A DNA stretch of 57,835 nucleotides from Promethearchaeota archaeon (GCA_048938025.1 JBHLMP010000020.1:1-57835), one strand, 5' to 3'. Positions 20,013 to 29,874 are shown, counted from the first letter of the stretch. The notes: generated by a model from the letters alone, not told the origin. Numbers and translations: made by a program.

Positions 20013-20997
20013 CTAAAATTTTGATAAGTTATCTATTCTCTGGTCTAATTTAGAAATAACTTCATCCCATTTAGATAAGATTTCTTCTACTTTAGGAATA
20101 ACTATATCTCTTTCCTTATATTCTAAATAATCTAAGAATTCTTTAATATTTTCAATTTTCATAAAAGTTTCTGCAACATACTTCCGAATCTCGGATTTTT
20201 GATTATTTAAAACTTCAGGAATTCTATTGTGTTCTCCACGTCGTATTAATGTCGCTAAATATTCTTCTGTCCCTTGCAATAGGGAATTTAATTGATTTAT
20301 CCGTTCCATAATAAAGTTTTCATAAGTCTCAAAAATTCTATCTTTTGGAAAAAAATTAGTGATATCTATGATAAATTTCTGGGTTAGCTTAACTAATTGC
20401 TCCATGCTTTCATATCCTTCAATTACATAATCAACAGTATGATAAGATGCTTCAATACCTTTATTAACATCATTCAATCTAAAAATTTTAAAACCAGGGT
20501 CATTTTTTAATCGCTTTTCGGGATCCCCTTTTTTGTCTGCTACCTCGATTTGACGTATTAACCTTGTTGGATTAAATACGAGAGAAATTGCTAATGGATT
20601 ATTAGTTTGATAAGACAATGTAGTTTTAATATCTATGTGGCTCATCATCACTTTTTAGCTAAAACGGTGGAAATCAAACGTTTTTGAAGCCAGGATGAGA
20701 ATGCCACCAGCCAACCGTGAATTCAGGTGGTTGATTTGAAAACGCTTTGTCATCAATGATATATAAAGCTTCATAATCTTCATCTGACCATTTATATTGG
20801 TCTATAACTGCATCCTTATCGAGCTTTTGATGCATTATAGGATATACTTCAGTGATATGTACATCATCACCTTCATTTTTTCCGATAAAAATCCCACTAA
20901 CTTCAAGCCAATCGTCTTTTGGGACTTTCTGGTTTGCAAATCTCACAGAGGCAGCAACAATTGTCAAATAGACCTTTTTCGGAATAATAATAGTCAT
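20013..20997 (-). CDS. JAB/MPN+ (JAMM) metalloprotease, predicted two-exon gene join(20997..20686, 20654..20013), 317 aa
   Basis: Track ORFs 20674..20997 and 20013..20651 are the two halves of one MPN domain (EVSG...VGWWHSHPGF and KVMMSHID...NPLAISLVFNP); removing 31 nt restores HSHPGFKVMMSHID. Confidence 0.85.
20655..20685 (-). other. Candidate 31-nt bulge-helix-bulge (BHB) mRNA intron
   Basis: Minus-strand RNA: GGCU, bulge UC^A, AAAACG, 12-nt loop, CGUUUU, AGCU, bulge AA^A; 4-bp central helix GGCU/AGCU with two 3-nt bulges; canonical cuts excise exactly 31 nt and restore the frame. Confidence 0.8.
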
Positions 20998-21163
20998 GTT
21001 CCTAAATCAATTTTTTAATTATTCAAATTGAATTATATTGATTAATACTAATTTTACTATTTATGTTTTAGTTTGAATATAAAATTATATAACTATGAAA
21101 TTTATATTATAATATTATTACAATATTCAATTCTCAAAATTATATACATTTTTAAAGATAATT

Positions 21164-21820
21164 ATGTCATTAAATTTCGAAGTTCTTACAAGTCAATTAG
21201 GTGTTCCTGGGACTTCCTATAGACTTCAATTGGGATTAATTAATGGGAAATGGGCTTCTAGATTATTGAAGGGAAAAGAAGTAATTGATTCATATGTATT
21301 CAAAGATGAAGATGTGCAAGGTGATATTCCTAATCAAAATCGAATTGTCTCATGGGTCTTAATGACTGTGGCTATTCCAAATATAAACCCTCATCAAATT
21401 ATGAAAACAACGCAGGCTTTGGTCAAACAAGCACTCCAAAAGAAGGAAGAAAGAAAAGTAGTAGCGCCCATTTCCGAAACAAAAAAAGTAGAGTTAGAAA
21501 GAGTTCCTGAAAGTGAATTGAAACGATCTAAAGTGACAGGATGGGTTAAAGAAGAAGGAATGAAAACAATTCAGGAATTAGAAGAAGAAAAACGACAAGC
21601 GTTTAAAGAAAGGATGATCCATAAAAGAGAAGAAGAAAAAGCTCGAGAAGCTTCTACTTTAAAAACTTCAAGAGCATTACCATCTATTCCTACAGGAACA
21701 AGTGGAACAAATATATCTACTGTTGCTGCTGAGGTATCAAAATTTTGTCCATTTTGTGGAAAAGATTTAGATTGGAAATTTTGTCCTTATTGTGGGAAAC
21801 CTCTACCACATGATGATTAA
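21164..21820 (+). CDS. Hypothetical protein with C-terminal double zinc ribbon
   Basis: C-terminal FCPFCGKDLDWKFCPYCGKPL; charged helical middle region. Confidence 0.75.
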   Translation: MSLNFEVLTSQLGVPGTSYRLQLGLINGKWASRLLKGKEVIDSYVFKDEDVQGDIPNQNRIVSWVLMTVAIPNINPHQIMKTTQALVKQALQKKEERKVVAPISETKKVELERVPESELKRSKVTGWVKEEGMKTIQELEEEKRQAFKERMIHKREEEKAREASTLKTSRALPSIPTGTSGTNISTVAAEVSKFCPFCGKDLDWKFCPYCGKPLPHDD

Positions 21821-22020
21821 TTCATTTGATCTTTTTTTTTTAATGTTTTTTATATAAAATTTATTCTTTAAACAATATCCTATCAATTAAATTGCACAAA
21901 CAAAAAAATGAATAAATCATAATTAATTTCTAAAATTCGGTTCAAAAATTTAAAACATTTAAATTATATATAGATTAAAACACTAACTATATCTAAAACT
22001 TATAAAAATCGTGATTAAAT

Positions 22021-23496
22021 TTGACATCTGATAAAACTGTAATCATTAAACCCCTGGCATATTATAAGATGCTTATTCATATTCTTCGATTTGGTAACAA
22101 AGTGATTGATCGTAAACAATACCGGGAATGTATGGGTGTTCTTATTGGCCGTCTTCTCGAAGGAGAACCTGATAAAAAAGGGATCAATGATGTAATTGTG
22201 GAAGATGCAGTACCCATTTCCCATGGCGGCTCAATAGAAGTTGCTTTTGCCCCAGAAGATTATGTAACATTCTCTATGGTAGATGCTGAATTTGCAGAAA
22301 AAGGATGGTTTAGTGTAGGATGGTACCATTCTCACCCTGGTTTGAAGATTTTCTTTTCGGGTACAGATATAAAAAACATGCTTGGTTGGCAGACTCCTAA
22401 TCCAAGCGCTATTGGAATTGTTTTTGACCATACCTTCTTAGAGAAACCTGGAGATATGGGATTTCGCACATTTAGATTAGATGACCCCTCTAAAGGTCAA
22501 ACAACAGGGTATCATGAAGTAAAAACAGTAGTTGAACCTCCAGATAATCTTGAATATTACCAAAAACTTATAGAATTAATTAACGGTGTTCACTCTAAAG
22601 AACCACCAATCTTAGAAATTAATGAAATGCCTGATTTATTTGGTGATATTGCTATTCCTAGTCAAGATCTATTAATAGCAAAGAAACCAGAATTAGAATT
22701 AACTACAATTTTTTCTGCTATCCAGAATGGAATCTCAAGTTTTTTAAAGTTGACAATTGAGCCATTTGTAACATTTCTTAATGTATGGAGTCAAGAAATA
22801 ATTAGAAAAACAATTGAATCCAATTTAGAAATGAGAAATAATATTTTAGTTATAAAGGAAAAGATTGGAAATGGTATCTCTAATATACAAAAAGATTTTA
22901 AATTTTCCTTAAAAGATAAATTGAATCAATTAGACACATATATCGATGATAAATTTGATGAATTTGATTATAACAATGAAAGTCTTAAAAAAATTATAAG
23001 TCAAATTAAAATTGAACTTAATGATAAATTGAAGGTTATATTTGAAGAAAAGCTAAAGGTTTCTCTAGATCAAGGTATAAACTCGTTTAAAGAAACTCTA
23101 GAAAATTTATCAAAAATAAATCAAGAAAGTTCTAAAGTTTTTGAAAAATTAGAGAGTGAACAAAATTCTCTAAATAGTTTATCAGAGAAAATTGATTCCA
23201 TTGAAGATTCAATCAATAATAAATTAAAGAATCTACAAGACGAAGTTATAAATAAACTGTCCAAAAACATCAATAAAATTGTAGGAAATTTTATTAATTT
23301 AAATAAAGACACAAAGAGTTTCTTATCAGATTTAAAAGCCGCAATTATATTACTGGAAAGTTCAAAGAATCCCATACAAAGTAAAATAAAAACCCTAGAA
23401 ACCGAAAATAAGAATCTCCAAAAAGATTTATTAGAGTTAAAAACTATAAATCAAGATTTATTGAATAAATTAAAAAAATTAGAAGGAGGAGAATAA
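22021..23496 (+). CDS. JAB/MPN+ metalloprotease with long C-terminal coiled coil
   Basis: ECMGVLIG and VGWYHSHPGLKIFFSGTD (intact E...HxH-x7-S-x2-D); ~250 aa heptad-rich tail. Confidence 0.9.
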   Translation: MTSDKTVIIKPLAYYKMLIHILRFGNKVIDRKQYRECMGVLIGRLLEGEPDKKGINDVIVEDAVPISHGGSIEVAFAPEDYVTFSMVDAEFAEKGWFSVGWYHSHPGLKIFFSGTDIKNMLGWQTPNPSAIGIVFDHTFLEKPGDMGFRTFRLDDPSKGQTTGYHEVKTVVEPPDNLEYYQKLIELINGVHSKEPPILEINEMPDLFGDIAIPSQDLLIAKKPELELTTIFSAIQNGISSFLKLTIEPFVTFLNVWSQEIIRKTIESNLEMRNNILVIKEKIGNGISNIQKDFKFSLKDKLNQLDTYIDDKFDEFDYNNESLKKIISQIKIELNDKLKVIFEEKLKVSLDQGINSFKETLENLSKINQESSKVFEKLESEQNSLNSLSEKIDSIEDSINNKLKNLQDEVINKLSKNINKIVGNFINLNKDTKSFLSDLKAAIILLESSKNPIQSKIKTLETENKNLQKDLLELKTINQDLLNKLKKLEGGE

Positions 23497-24906
23497 TTGA
23501 AAATGCCCGAAAATAAGAAAAATAACAATCAAGACAAAAGTGAGAAAGATCAAAGCATTTCAGCGGAAAAAGGCAGAATATTAATAAAAAAAGAAGCTTT
23601 CAGAAATATGATAACCCATGTTTTAAGATTTGGAAGCAATGCATTAGAAAAGAGTGTGGAAGTTATGGGCATTTGCTTAGGAGAATTAACTGAGAATGGG
23701 AAAGACATTGTTTTAATCAATGCTATTCCGATCACTCATGGAAAAAAGGTATCAGCAGGGTTTACTAAAGAGGATTATGATTTATTAACACAACTCGAAA
23801 AGCAATATCAAAAGAAGAATCTTAATATCGTAGGATGGTATAGTTCGCACCCCGGGTGGGGTCTTTATTTTTCTGACATAGAGATAAAAACTCATCAATT
23901 TTTTCAAAAGGAAAGTAATCCTAACGGATTTTGTATTGTTTTTGATCATACTTTAATGGATAAAGATAAGTCTTTTGGTTTTGAGATTTATAGATTTGAT
24001 GATTTTAAAAAAGCAGATAAATATAATACTGTAGTATTTGAAATTGAAGAACCAGCAGACCTAGATTACTTTAAATGGGTTCAGAAATTTGTAGAAGATT
24101 TCCAAAAACAGACACCTATCTTAATTAAAGAGATTAACGAATCAAAAGAATCAATTCCGGGAGAATTACAAGAAATACCTATATCAGAAGAGATATCACC
24201 AGAAGAAGAATTAGATGACTATTCACATATTTCACCGATAATTTTAGGATTTCAAACAGGAGTGTCTAAATTTTCTGAATCGGTAATAGATATTTTCAAG
24301 TCTCAATTTGGAGATTGGACTAATAATCTTAAAGAAGGATCTTCGAAAGGTTCAGAATATTTACGTAATAGCATAAATAAAATGAAAGAAGCAGCCTCTC
24401 AAAGTCTTATTAAAGTAGAGAATTGGTTTAACAGAAGTATGGATAGTATGTTAAATGGATTTAAAGAAACTGTTGTTAAATATGTAGACCAAAGAGTTGA
24501 AGCTCAAACTCAGTTAAGAAATGATCTCAATAATATAAAAGAAGATCAATTTAATGATTTAGACAGAATTACTGATGATAATTTAAAATATATTAAAAGT
24601 GAAATAGCATCTGTTGTTAAATTAACAACTGAAAAAGTAAATAATATCACTGAAATGAATTCTAAGATTGAAAAGATGATTGGCAGTATTTCTAACGTAA
24701 TCTTAACAATTGAAAGTGAATCAAATAATCTTAGTAATAAAATAGAAAAAAATATTGAAACAACAATTAATCAATTTGAAATAAGTATTAATGAAAAAAT
24801 TGAAAAAATGAGTTCAGAATTACAACCATTTAAAGAATATTACTCAGAAATTAGTGAATTGTTAGAAAAGTTACAAAAAATAATCACAGATTTTCGCAAT
24901 ATTTAA
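23497..24906 (+). CDS. JAB/MPN domain protein with degenerate JAMM motif and long coiled coil
   Basis: EVMGICLG and VGWYSSHPGWGLYFSDIE (first His to Ser, Asp to Glu); abuts the preceding gene; GGAGG RBS upstream. Confidence 0.85.
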   Translation: MKMPENKKNNNQDKSEKDQSISAEKGRILIKKEAFRNMITHVLRFGSNALEKSVEVMGICLGELTENGKDIVLINAIPITHGKKVSAGFTKEDYDLLTQLEKQYQKKNLNIVGWYSSHPGWGLYFSDIEIKTHQFFQKESNPNGFCIVFDHTLMDKDKSFGFEIYRFDDFKKADKYNTVVFEIEEPADLDYFKWVQKFVEDFQKQTPILIKEINESKESIPGELQEIPISEEISPEEELDDYSHISPIILGFQTGVSKFSESVIDIFKSQFGDWTNNLKEGSSKGSEYLRNSINKMKEAASQSLIKVENWFNRSMDSMLNGFKETVVKYVDQRVEAQTQLRNDLNNIKEDQFNDLDRITDDNLKYIKSEIASVVKLTTEKVNNITEMNSKIEKMIGSISNVILTIESESNNLSNKIEKNIETTINQFEISINEKIEKMSSELQPFKEYYSEISELLEKLQKIITDFRNI

Positions 24907-24966
24907 CTATGTAAAACTATAACTTTTTTCCTAAAAGCTTATTATTAATTATAATCTAAAAATGGT

Positions 24967-25251
24967 TTAGAAAAACTGTAAACTTGAAACTCTAGAAATA
25001 TGTAATCTATATTTAGGAATGTTAGTACTCAATCGCTTTAATTGATTCAATTTAGCAATTTTACCTAAAAGTCTTCCTATTTTATCGACTTTAATGTCAA
25101 CTCCAAAATTTTCCTTTAGAACTGAATTAATTTTATAGGATGATAAAATAACTACACTTGAGATATTTTTTTCGCATAGCAACTCAATTGCCTTTCTTAC
25201 TAAGCGAATTAGAGTTTCTTTATTATCAATCTTAGTTTTTTCCATTCTCAA
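24967..25251 (-). CDS. Small basic hypothetical protein, possibly winged helix
   Basis: 94-aa Lys/Arg-rich ORF with helix-helix-helix-strand pattern. Confidence 0.55.
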   Translation of the reverse strand: MRMEKTKIDNKETLIRLVRKAIELLCEKNISSVVILSSYKINSVLKENFGVDIKVDKIGRLLGKIAKLNQLKRLSTNIPKYRLHISRVSSLQFF

Positions 25252-25531
25252 GAATTTTAAAAAAATTTGTTATAATTAAATTTATTATTAACTATTTTTA
25301 AAACTTTCATCTAAGTTTGATTCTTATTTTGTTTTTAACATTATAATTAGGTTTAAATTAAAAAAAATGATTTATTAATATAATGTCTATTAAGCAATCT
25401 AATTCTGTTATTTCTCCAAAAAATTTGGGCTCACTTGGAGTACAAAAAAGTTCAGAAGCAGAAATAAAATTACTGAAATTAAAGCGTTATATTTATCACA
25501 TAATTCAAATATAGGGAAAAGCAGGTTCAGA

Positions 25532-27880
25532 ATGAAAAAAAAAGAGTTTATATCAAACCTTCGAACAAAGATTGCAGCCTTTAAGTCAAGAACAGGTGAA
25601 AAATTAAAGGATTATGCTGATAAACTTGTTCACAAGGAAGTTTATGTTGATGGGCAAGAACCTCCAAAATTTTATTCATTTGAAAAAAAATTTCTTGGCT
25701 TGTATATTATTTTTATAATATCATCTTTAGTTTTAATATTAGCAATTAACTTTTCACAAAATAGTTTTATTGATACAATAATTTTTACTGTTTCAAATGC
25801 AATTGTTGCATTCTTTTTGCTACTATCTGGAGTATTAAGTATAGATAAGTTAAGGTTATTTTTATTTGAAGAACGAACTTTAATTAAACAATTTATTTTT
25901 TATATAGCTTTATTTACTTTACTTATTCCAATTTCTTTTTATATCTCAACAGATATTAACTTCATAACTTATTTATCGATTTTTGCAATGATATGGTTAT
26001 TTCTTCTAAGCAGCAGATTCTATATTTATTCTAGGAAATTTGCTACAAAAATTGAAGCAAAATTTATTAAAAAATATTCAATCCCTAGATATCTTATCGC
26101 CATTATTATTCCCTTTTTGATATTAATTGTTCTTGTTATTCTTTCCCTATTTTATAGGAGTTTCTTAGTGTTTCTTTCATTAGATATTTTTGGCAAGATT
26201 GATCCTAGTGCCGCTGTTAAAGTATATAATCTAGAAATGCGTGTTGTTATGCCGTTAATTTATTTTAGTTTGGTATTGACCTTGGTATTTATAATATTTG
26301 AATTCGTTTTTACTAGAAGGCGCGCAGAAACAAAAAGAGCTGGAACCTTTGACAATTTTACTTTTTCTTTAATTGTTTTATTCATCTTTTTCTTTCAAAT
26401 TTTGGAAATCAGCATCTTTATGTTATTAAGACCAGAGACAATAGATGCATTTAAAGCAACGGTAGGAGCTACTGCCTCGCCCCTTGGCTTTATTTTAATT
26501 CTTGAGTTTATTATTTCTATGTATTTTCTATATAGGGTTGTTAAAAAGACTGGTAGAACATTAGGTTGGCGTATCTTTATATTTAAGAAAGACGGATTAA
26601 TTTTATTCTTTTTAGCATGTGTGCTCGCTCAAACTATGACACGTTTTGCTCTAACAAATGAAATAACAAATCAAGAAGTAACTCCAATTGGGATTTGGTT
26701 AATGGCGGATAAATATGTAATTTCAGTATTGATGATTTTTCTATTAGGGAGTACTTTATTAGTCTATTATATAAAACCTCATGAGACTTCAATGTTTATG
26801 AGACTTCAAAAAGAATTGGTATATGATGAAGAAAAGAATATTGAAAAAATTTATAAGATTATAAGAAGTGAATACATCCGGAGGGGAGAGACTTTTCCAA
26901 TTGAAATACTTGAACGTGAATTAATTAAAGCGACTCGATTATCAAAAACTAATGTTTACAATCTAATTGAGCAATTAGCAAGTAAAGATATGAACATTCT
27001 TATAACAGAAAGAAAAGAGGAATTTGGAAAACCCGTAAAATTTTTAGATTTTACCTCCGTTACCGAAAGATTCGATAGAAAAGGAAAAGCACAAGAAAAA
27101 GCAAAAAAATTTCTTGCTCAAAGATTATATGAAACAAGTTTAGCAAAAAAGAGTAGAAAAAGTAGATTAAAAACTATTAGTGAATCCGAAAAAGCATCAG
27201 ATCAACTTATTGCCTCTCTTACTACAAATTATATAAAAAAGCAAGTAGATGAAAAAAAAATTGAAAAAGTAAAAGAAGAAGCAAAGTTAACCGCTGATTT
27301 GAAAGTAAACTTAACAGATACTTTACAAAATCAACTATTAGAAATGATTAAAACTGAATATTTCTATAGAATAGAAAACAATGATAAATTCTTAGATTTT
27401 TCTATCCCTATCTCAGAAATTTCAGATCAAATTGAATTAAATACGAGAATTACTCCTGGAGAATTATATCCCATCTTAGAAAATCTTAGTAATATTGATG
27501 TGGAATTTACTTTAATTGATAATCCTGATGAACCTGAAGATAAAAAAATCAAATTCTTACCCTTTGCTGATGATAATATGAACTTCTCTTTAGCTAATTT
27601 TCGACCTGAAGAGTATGCTAAATTTAGAATTCATGTATCTAAAAATTTTTATAGAGCTCTCAAAGCAAAGAAAGAAAAAAGAACCCTTTTTCAATTGAAA
27701 AAAGAAATTTCAGATAAAACCGAAGGTCAAAAATCTTGGTATAATCTAGTAGATAATTTATATAAATATTATCCTTTATATGTTGAAAGATTAATTTCTA
27801 TTCCGAATAGAACAAAATTAAATAACCAAATAAGGAAAATGATAAAAACAGATGAAAAGAAAAATAGTATGAATAATTAA
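25532..27880 (+). CDS. Multi-pass membrane protein with large cytoplasmic C-terminal region
   Basis: About 10 hydrophobic segments in the first ~415 aa; soluble tail with two similar IYKII/LLEMI...EY...PI.....Y..(I/L)E.L segments, possibly winged helices. Confidence 0.75.
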   Translation: MKKKEFISNLRTKIAAFKSRTGEKLKDYADKLVHKEVYVDGQEPPKFYSFEKKFLGLYIIFIISSLVLILAINFSQNSFIDTIIFTVSNAIVAFFLLLSGVLSIDKLRLFLFEERTLIKQFIFYIALFTLLIPISFYISTDINFITYLSIFAMIWLFLLSSRFYIYSRKFATKIEAKFIKKYSIPRYLIAIIIPFLILIVLVILSLFYRSFLVFLSLDIFGKIDPSAAVKVYNLEMRVVMPLIYFSLVLTLVFIIFEFVFTRRRAETKRAGTFDNFTFSLIVLFIFFFQILEISIFMLLRPETIDAFKATVGATASPLGFILILEFIISMYFLYRVVKKTGRTLGWRIFIFKKDGLILFFLACVLAQTMTRFALTNEITNQEVTPIGIWLMADKYVISVLMIFLLGSTLLVYYIKPHETSMFMRLQKELVYDEEKNIEKIYKIIRSEYIRRGETFPIEILERELIKATRLSKTNVYNLIEQLASKDMNILITERKEEFGKPVKFLDFTSVTERFDRKGKAQEKAKKFLAQRLYETSLAKKSRKSRLKTISESEKASDQLIASLTTNYIKKQVDEKKIEKVKEEAKLTADLKVNLTDTLQNQLLEMIKTEYFYRIENNDKFLDFSIPISEISDQIELNTRITPGELYPILENLSNIDVEFTLIDNPDEPEDKKIKFLPFADDNMNFSLANFRPEEYAKFRIHVSKNFYRALKAKKEKRTLFQLKKEISDKTEGQKSWYNLVDNLYKYYPLYVERLISIPNRTKLNNQIRKMIKTDEKKNSMNN

Positions 27881-28044
27881 AGTTTATACTACTTTAGAAG
27901 CAGTATTGAGAATATTACAATTATAATCCCCTATTTTTTAGATATCTATTTCCTAAAAATTAAAACAAATTTAAAAGAAAAAGAAAAAGAAAAGTTTAGA
28001 AAATTCCTTTCTTTCGATTATTTAAAAAAAGATAACATTGAATC

Positions 28045-29358
28045 TTGAAAGATTTATCTATGAAAACAACAATAAAATCATCTTCTCGTGTTTTTATTGG
28101 GTTATCCTCATTTCAAATGCTAGCTATGTTTAGAAGAGGATTGTTTTATACTTTTCTATCAATTTACTTAAGAATCTATTTGAACTTGTCAGTTACAGAA
28201 ACAACATTATACGCTACTTTACCAATGATAATGAGTGTGTTGTTTCAGAATTTAGTATGGGGTCCTATAAGTGATAAATTTCAACGTCGTCGCACGTTAA
28301 TAATTTTAGGAGAAATTATTGCTGGTGTTGGTACAATAATCGTTTGGGGTATACATTTCTCCTTTACTAATTTCAAAATAGCTGGATATGTAGTAATTAT
28401 TGGTCTCACTTGTATTGAAATGTTTTGGTCAATGTCTAATATAGGATGGAGTGCATTAGTAAGTGATATATATCCATCTAAAAAACGGAGTAAAATTATG
28501 GGGCATTTGACCAGTATAGGGGGTTCCGGACGAATTATAGGAGTCTTCATTGGTGGATTTCTATATAAAGATGGATTAGGTTTTCATAACGGGTCATTAT
28601 TTTTTATAGCATCATTTGTTATGTTTATTTCAACTATTCCAATGCTCCTTGCTCCTGAAGGTGGTATAGCCTTAAGAAACAAATTAGAAGAGAATTCTGA
28701 TAAAAGCATAGAAAATAATCAAAACAGCATTATTATTTTTATTATCTTTATTATTGCTTTAATTTTTATAAACTTCGGAAGAAATTCTATTGCTATACCC
28801 TTCCCACAATTTTTAAAATTGGAATCTGGTTTTAATGTTGATGATTTAATGCTCAGTTTTATTGCGAATACATCTTCATTTTCTGTTATTTTAATTGGAT
28901 TTTCCGCAGGAATATTAAGTAAAAAATTAGGGCATGCGCTGACCTTAATATTTGGAACGACTATTGGGATCATTGCTTTAATCATTATAGCAACTACAAC
29001 CTATCTACCAATGATTTTCCTTGGAAATTTCCTAATAGGTGCGGCTGAAGTAATAATATATGCCTCATCTTATGCTTTTGCGTCAACTTTAATTCCAGCA
29101 AGAATTCGAGCAAAGTTATTTAGTGTATATAATACTGCATTCTTTTTATCTTGGGGTTTAGCTTGTACTCTTGTATCTGGACCTTTAATTGATCTCTTAA
29201 TAAATGCAGGAAAAAGTGATATCTTTGCGTATCAAGTGTCATTTTTGGTGGGGGCGTTGATTTGCTTAATTGGTTTATTAATATTCACATTTTTAGAAAT
29301 TTGGCTGACTTTAAATAAGAGAAAGTTAAAAATAGCTTTAAAAAGTCTAAGGAATTAA
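28045..29358 (+). CDS. MFS transporter
   Basis: About 12 TM segments; motif A-like WGPISDKFQRR and GILSKKLG. Confidence 0.9.
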   Translation: MKDLSMKTTIKSSSRVFIGLSSFQMLAMFRRGLFYTFLSIYLRIYLNLSVTETTLYATLPMIMSVLFQNLVWGPISDKFQRRRTLIILGEIIAGVGTIIVWGIHFSFTNFKIAGYVVIIGLTCIEMFWSMSNIGWSALVSDIYPSKKRSKIMGHLTSIGGSGRIIGVFIGGFLYKDGLGFHNGSLFFIASFVMFISTIPMLLAPEGGIALRNKLEENSDKSIENNQNSIIIFIIFIIALIFINFGRNSIAIPFPQFLKLESGFNVDDLMLSFIANTSSFSVILIGFSAGILSKKLGHALTLIFGTTIGIIALIIIATTTYLPMIFLGNFLIGAAEVIIYASSYAFASTLIPARIRAKLFSVYNTAFFLSWGLACTLVSGPLIDLLINAGKSDIFAYQVSFLVGALICLIGLLIFTFLEIWLTLNKRKLKIALKSLRN

Positions 29359-29386
29359 TTTAATCTAATATATTAACTCAAATTAC

Positions 29387-29542
29387 TTATTTCTTATTTA
29401 AATTTTTTTTCTTTAGTTGAAATTCACTACACACATTTATTGCTTTATAATCATTACAATTCAAATTCTTAGGCAAAATACAAGAATCATAGAAAGGACA
29501 AATAATTCTCATTTTGGGGCTTTGATTTGATTGCTCACTCAT
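29387..29542 (-). CDS. Small four-Cys protein (51 aa, not in ORF track)
   Basis: MSEQSNQSPKMRIICPFYDSCILPKNLNCNDYKAINVCSEFQLKKKNLNKK*; AGGTGA RBS just upstream of the ATG. Confidence 0.6.
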   Translation of the reverse strand: MSEQSNQSPKMRIICPFYDSCILPKNLNCNDYKAINVCSEFQLKKKNLNKK

Positions 29543-29659
29543 ATTATCACCTAAACCCTTAAAGATCGTAGTGTAAAGATTCGTTAATTTATCTTTTTGT
29601 TTACCAGTTAATATAATTTTTTGTATGATAAATAAATAAAAGATAAAAAATAAAATTTA

Positions 29660-29827
29660 TTATTTACAACAATTTTCACAGACAAATTCATTCAAATCTA
29701 TATAACCACAAGACTCTCCCATATAACACTCCAATGCTCCAGTTTCTTCATTAAAAATCATATCCTGACCACAATGTTTTGGAAGTGTCTCAATAACATT
29801 TCCACATTTAATACATTTTAATTCCAT
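29660..29827 (-). CDS. Small Cys/His metal-binding protein (55 aa, not in ORF track), homologous to the CopA C-terminal repeats
   Basis: MELKCIKCGNVIETLPKHCGQDMIFNEETGALECYMGESCGYIDLNEFVCENCCK*; AGGTGA upstream; directly follows copA. Confidence 0.8.
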   Translation of the reverse strand: MELKCIKCGNVIETLPKHCGQDMIFNEETGALECYMGESCGYIDLNEFVCENCCK

Positions 29828-29874
29828 AGTTTACATTTTCACCTTTTTTTAAATTTATATTAATATTTTTTTCT

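Noticed and set aside
20013-20651. Treating the 212-aa track ORF as an independent gene
   Set aside because: It starts in the middle of the JAMM motif (S-x2-D) and is better explained as exon 2.
20674-20676. Selenocysteine or other read-through of the TGA ending the 107-aa JAB ORF
   Set aside because: The same frame hits TAG five codons later, and the rest of the domain is in a different frame.
20652-20685. Programmed ribosomal frameshift or single-base sequencing error as the cause of the JAB split
   Set aside because: The downstream frame has TAA (20657-20655) immediately before exon 2, and any read-through would add about 10 residues inside the fixed-spacing JAMM motif. Only removing or skipping 31 nt works.
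25413-25440. CTCCAA...TTGGAG hairpin upstream of the 782-aa membrane protein
   Set aside because: Only 6 bp with no other supporting structure; could be chance.
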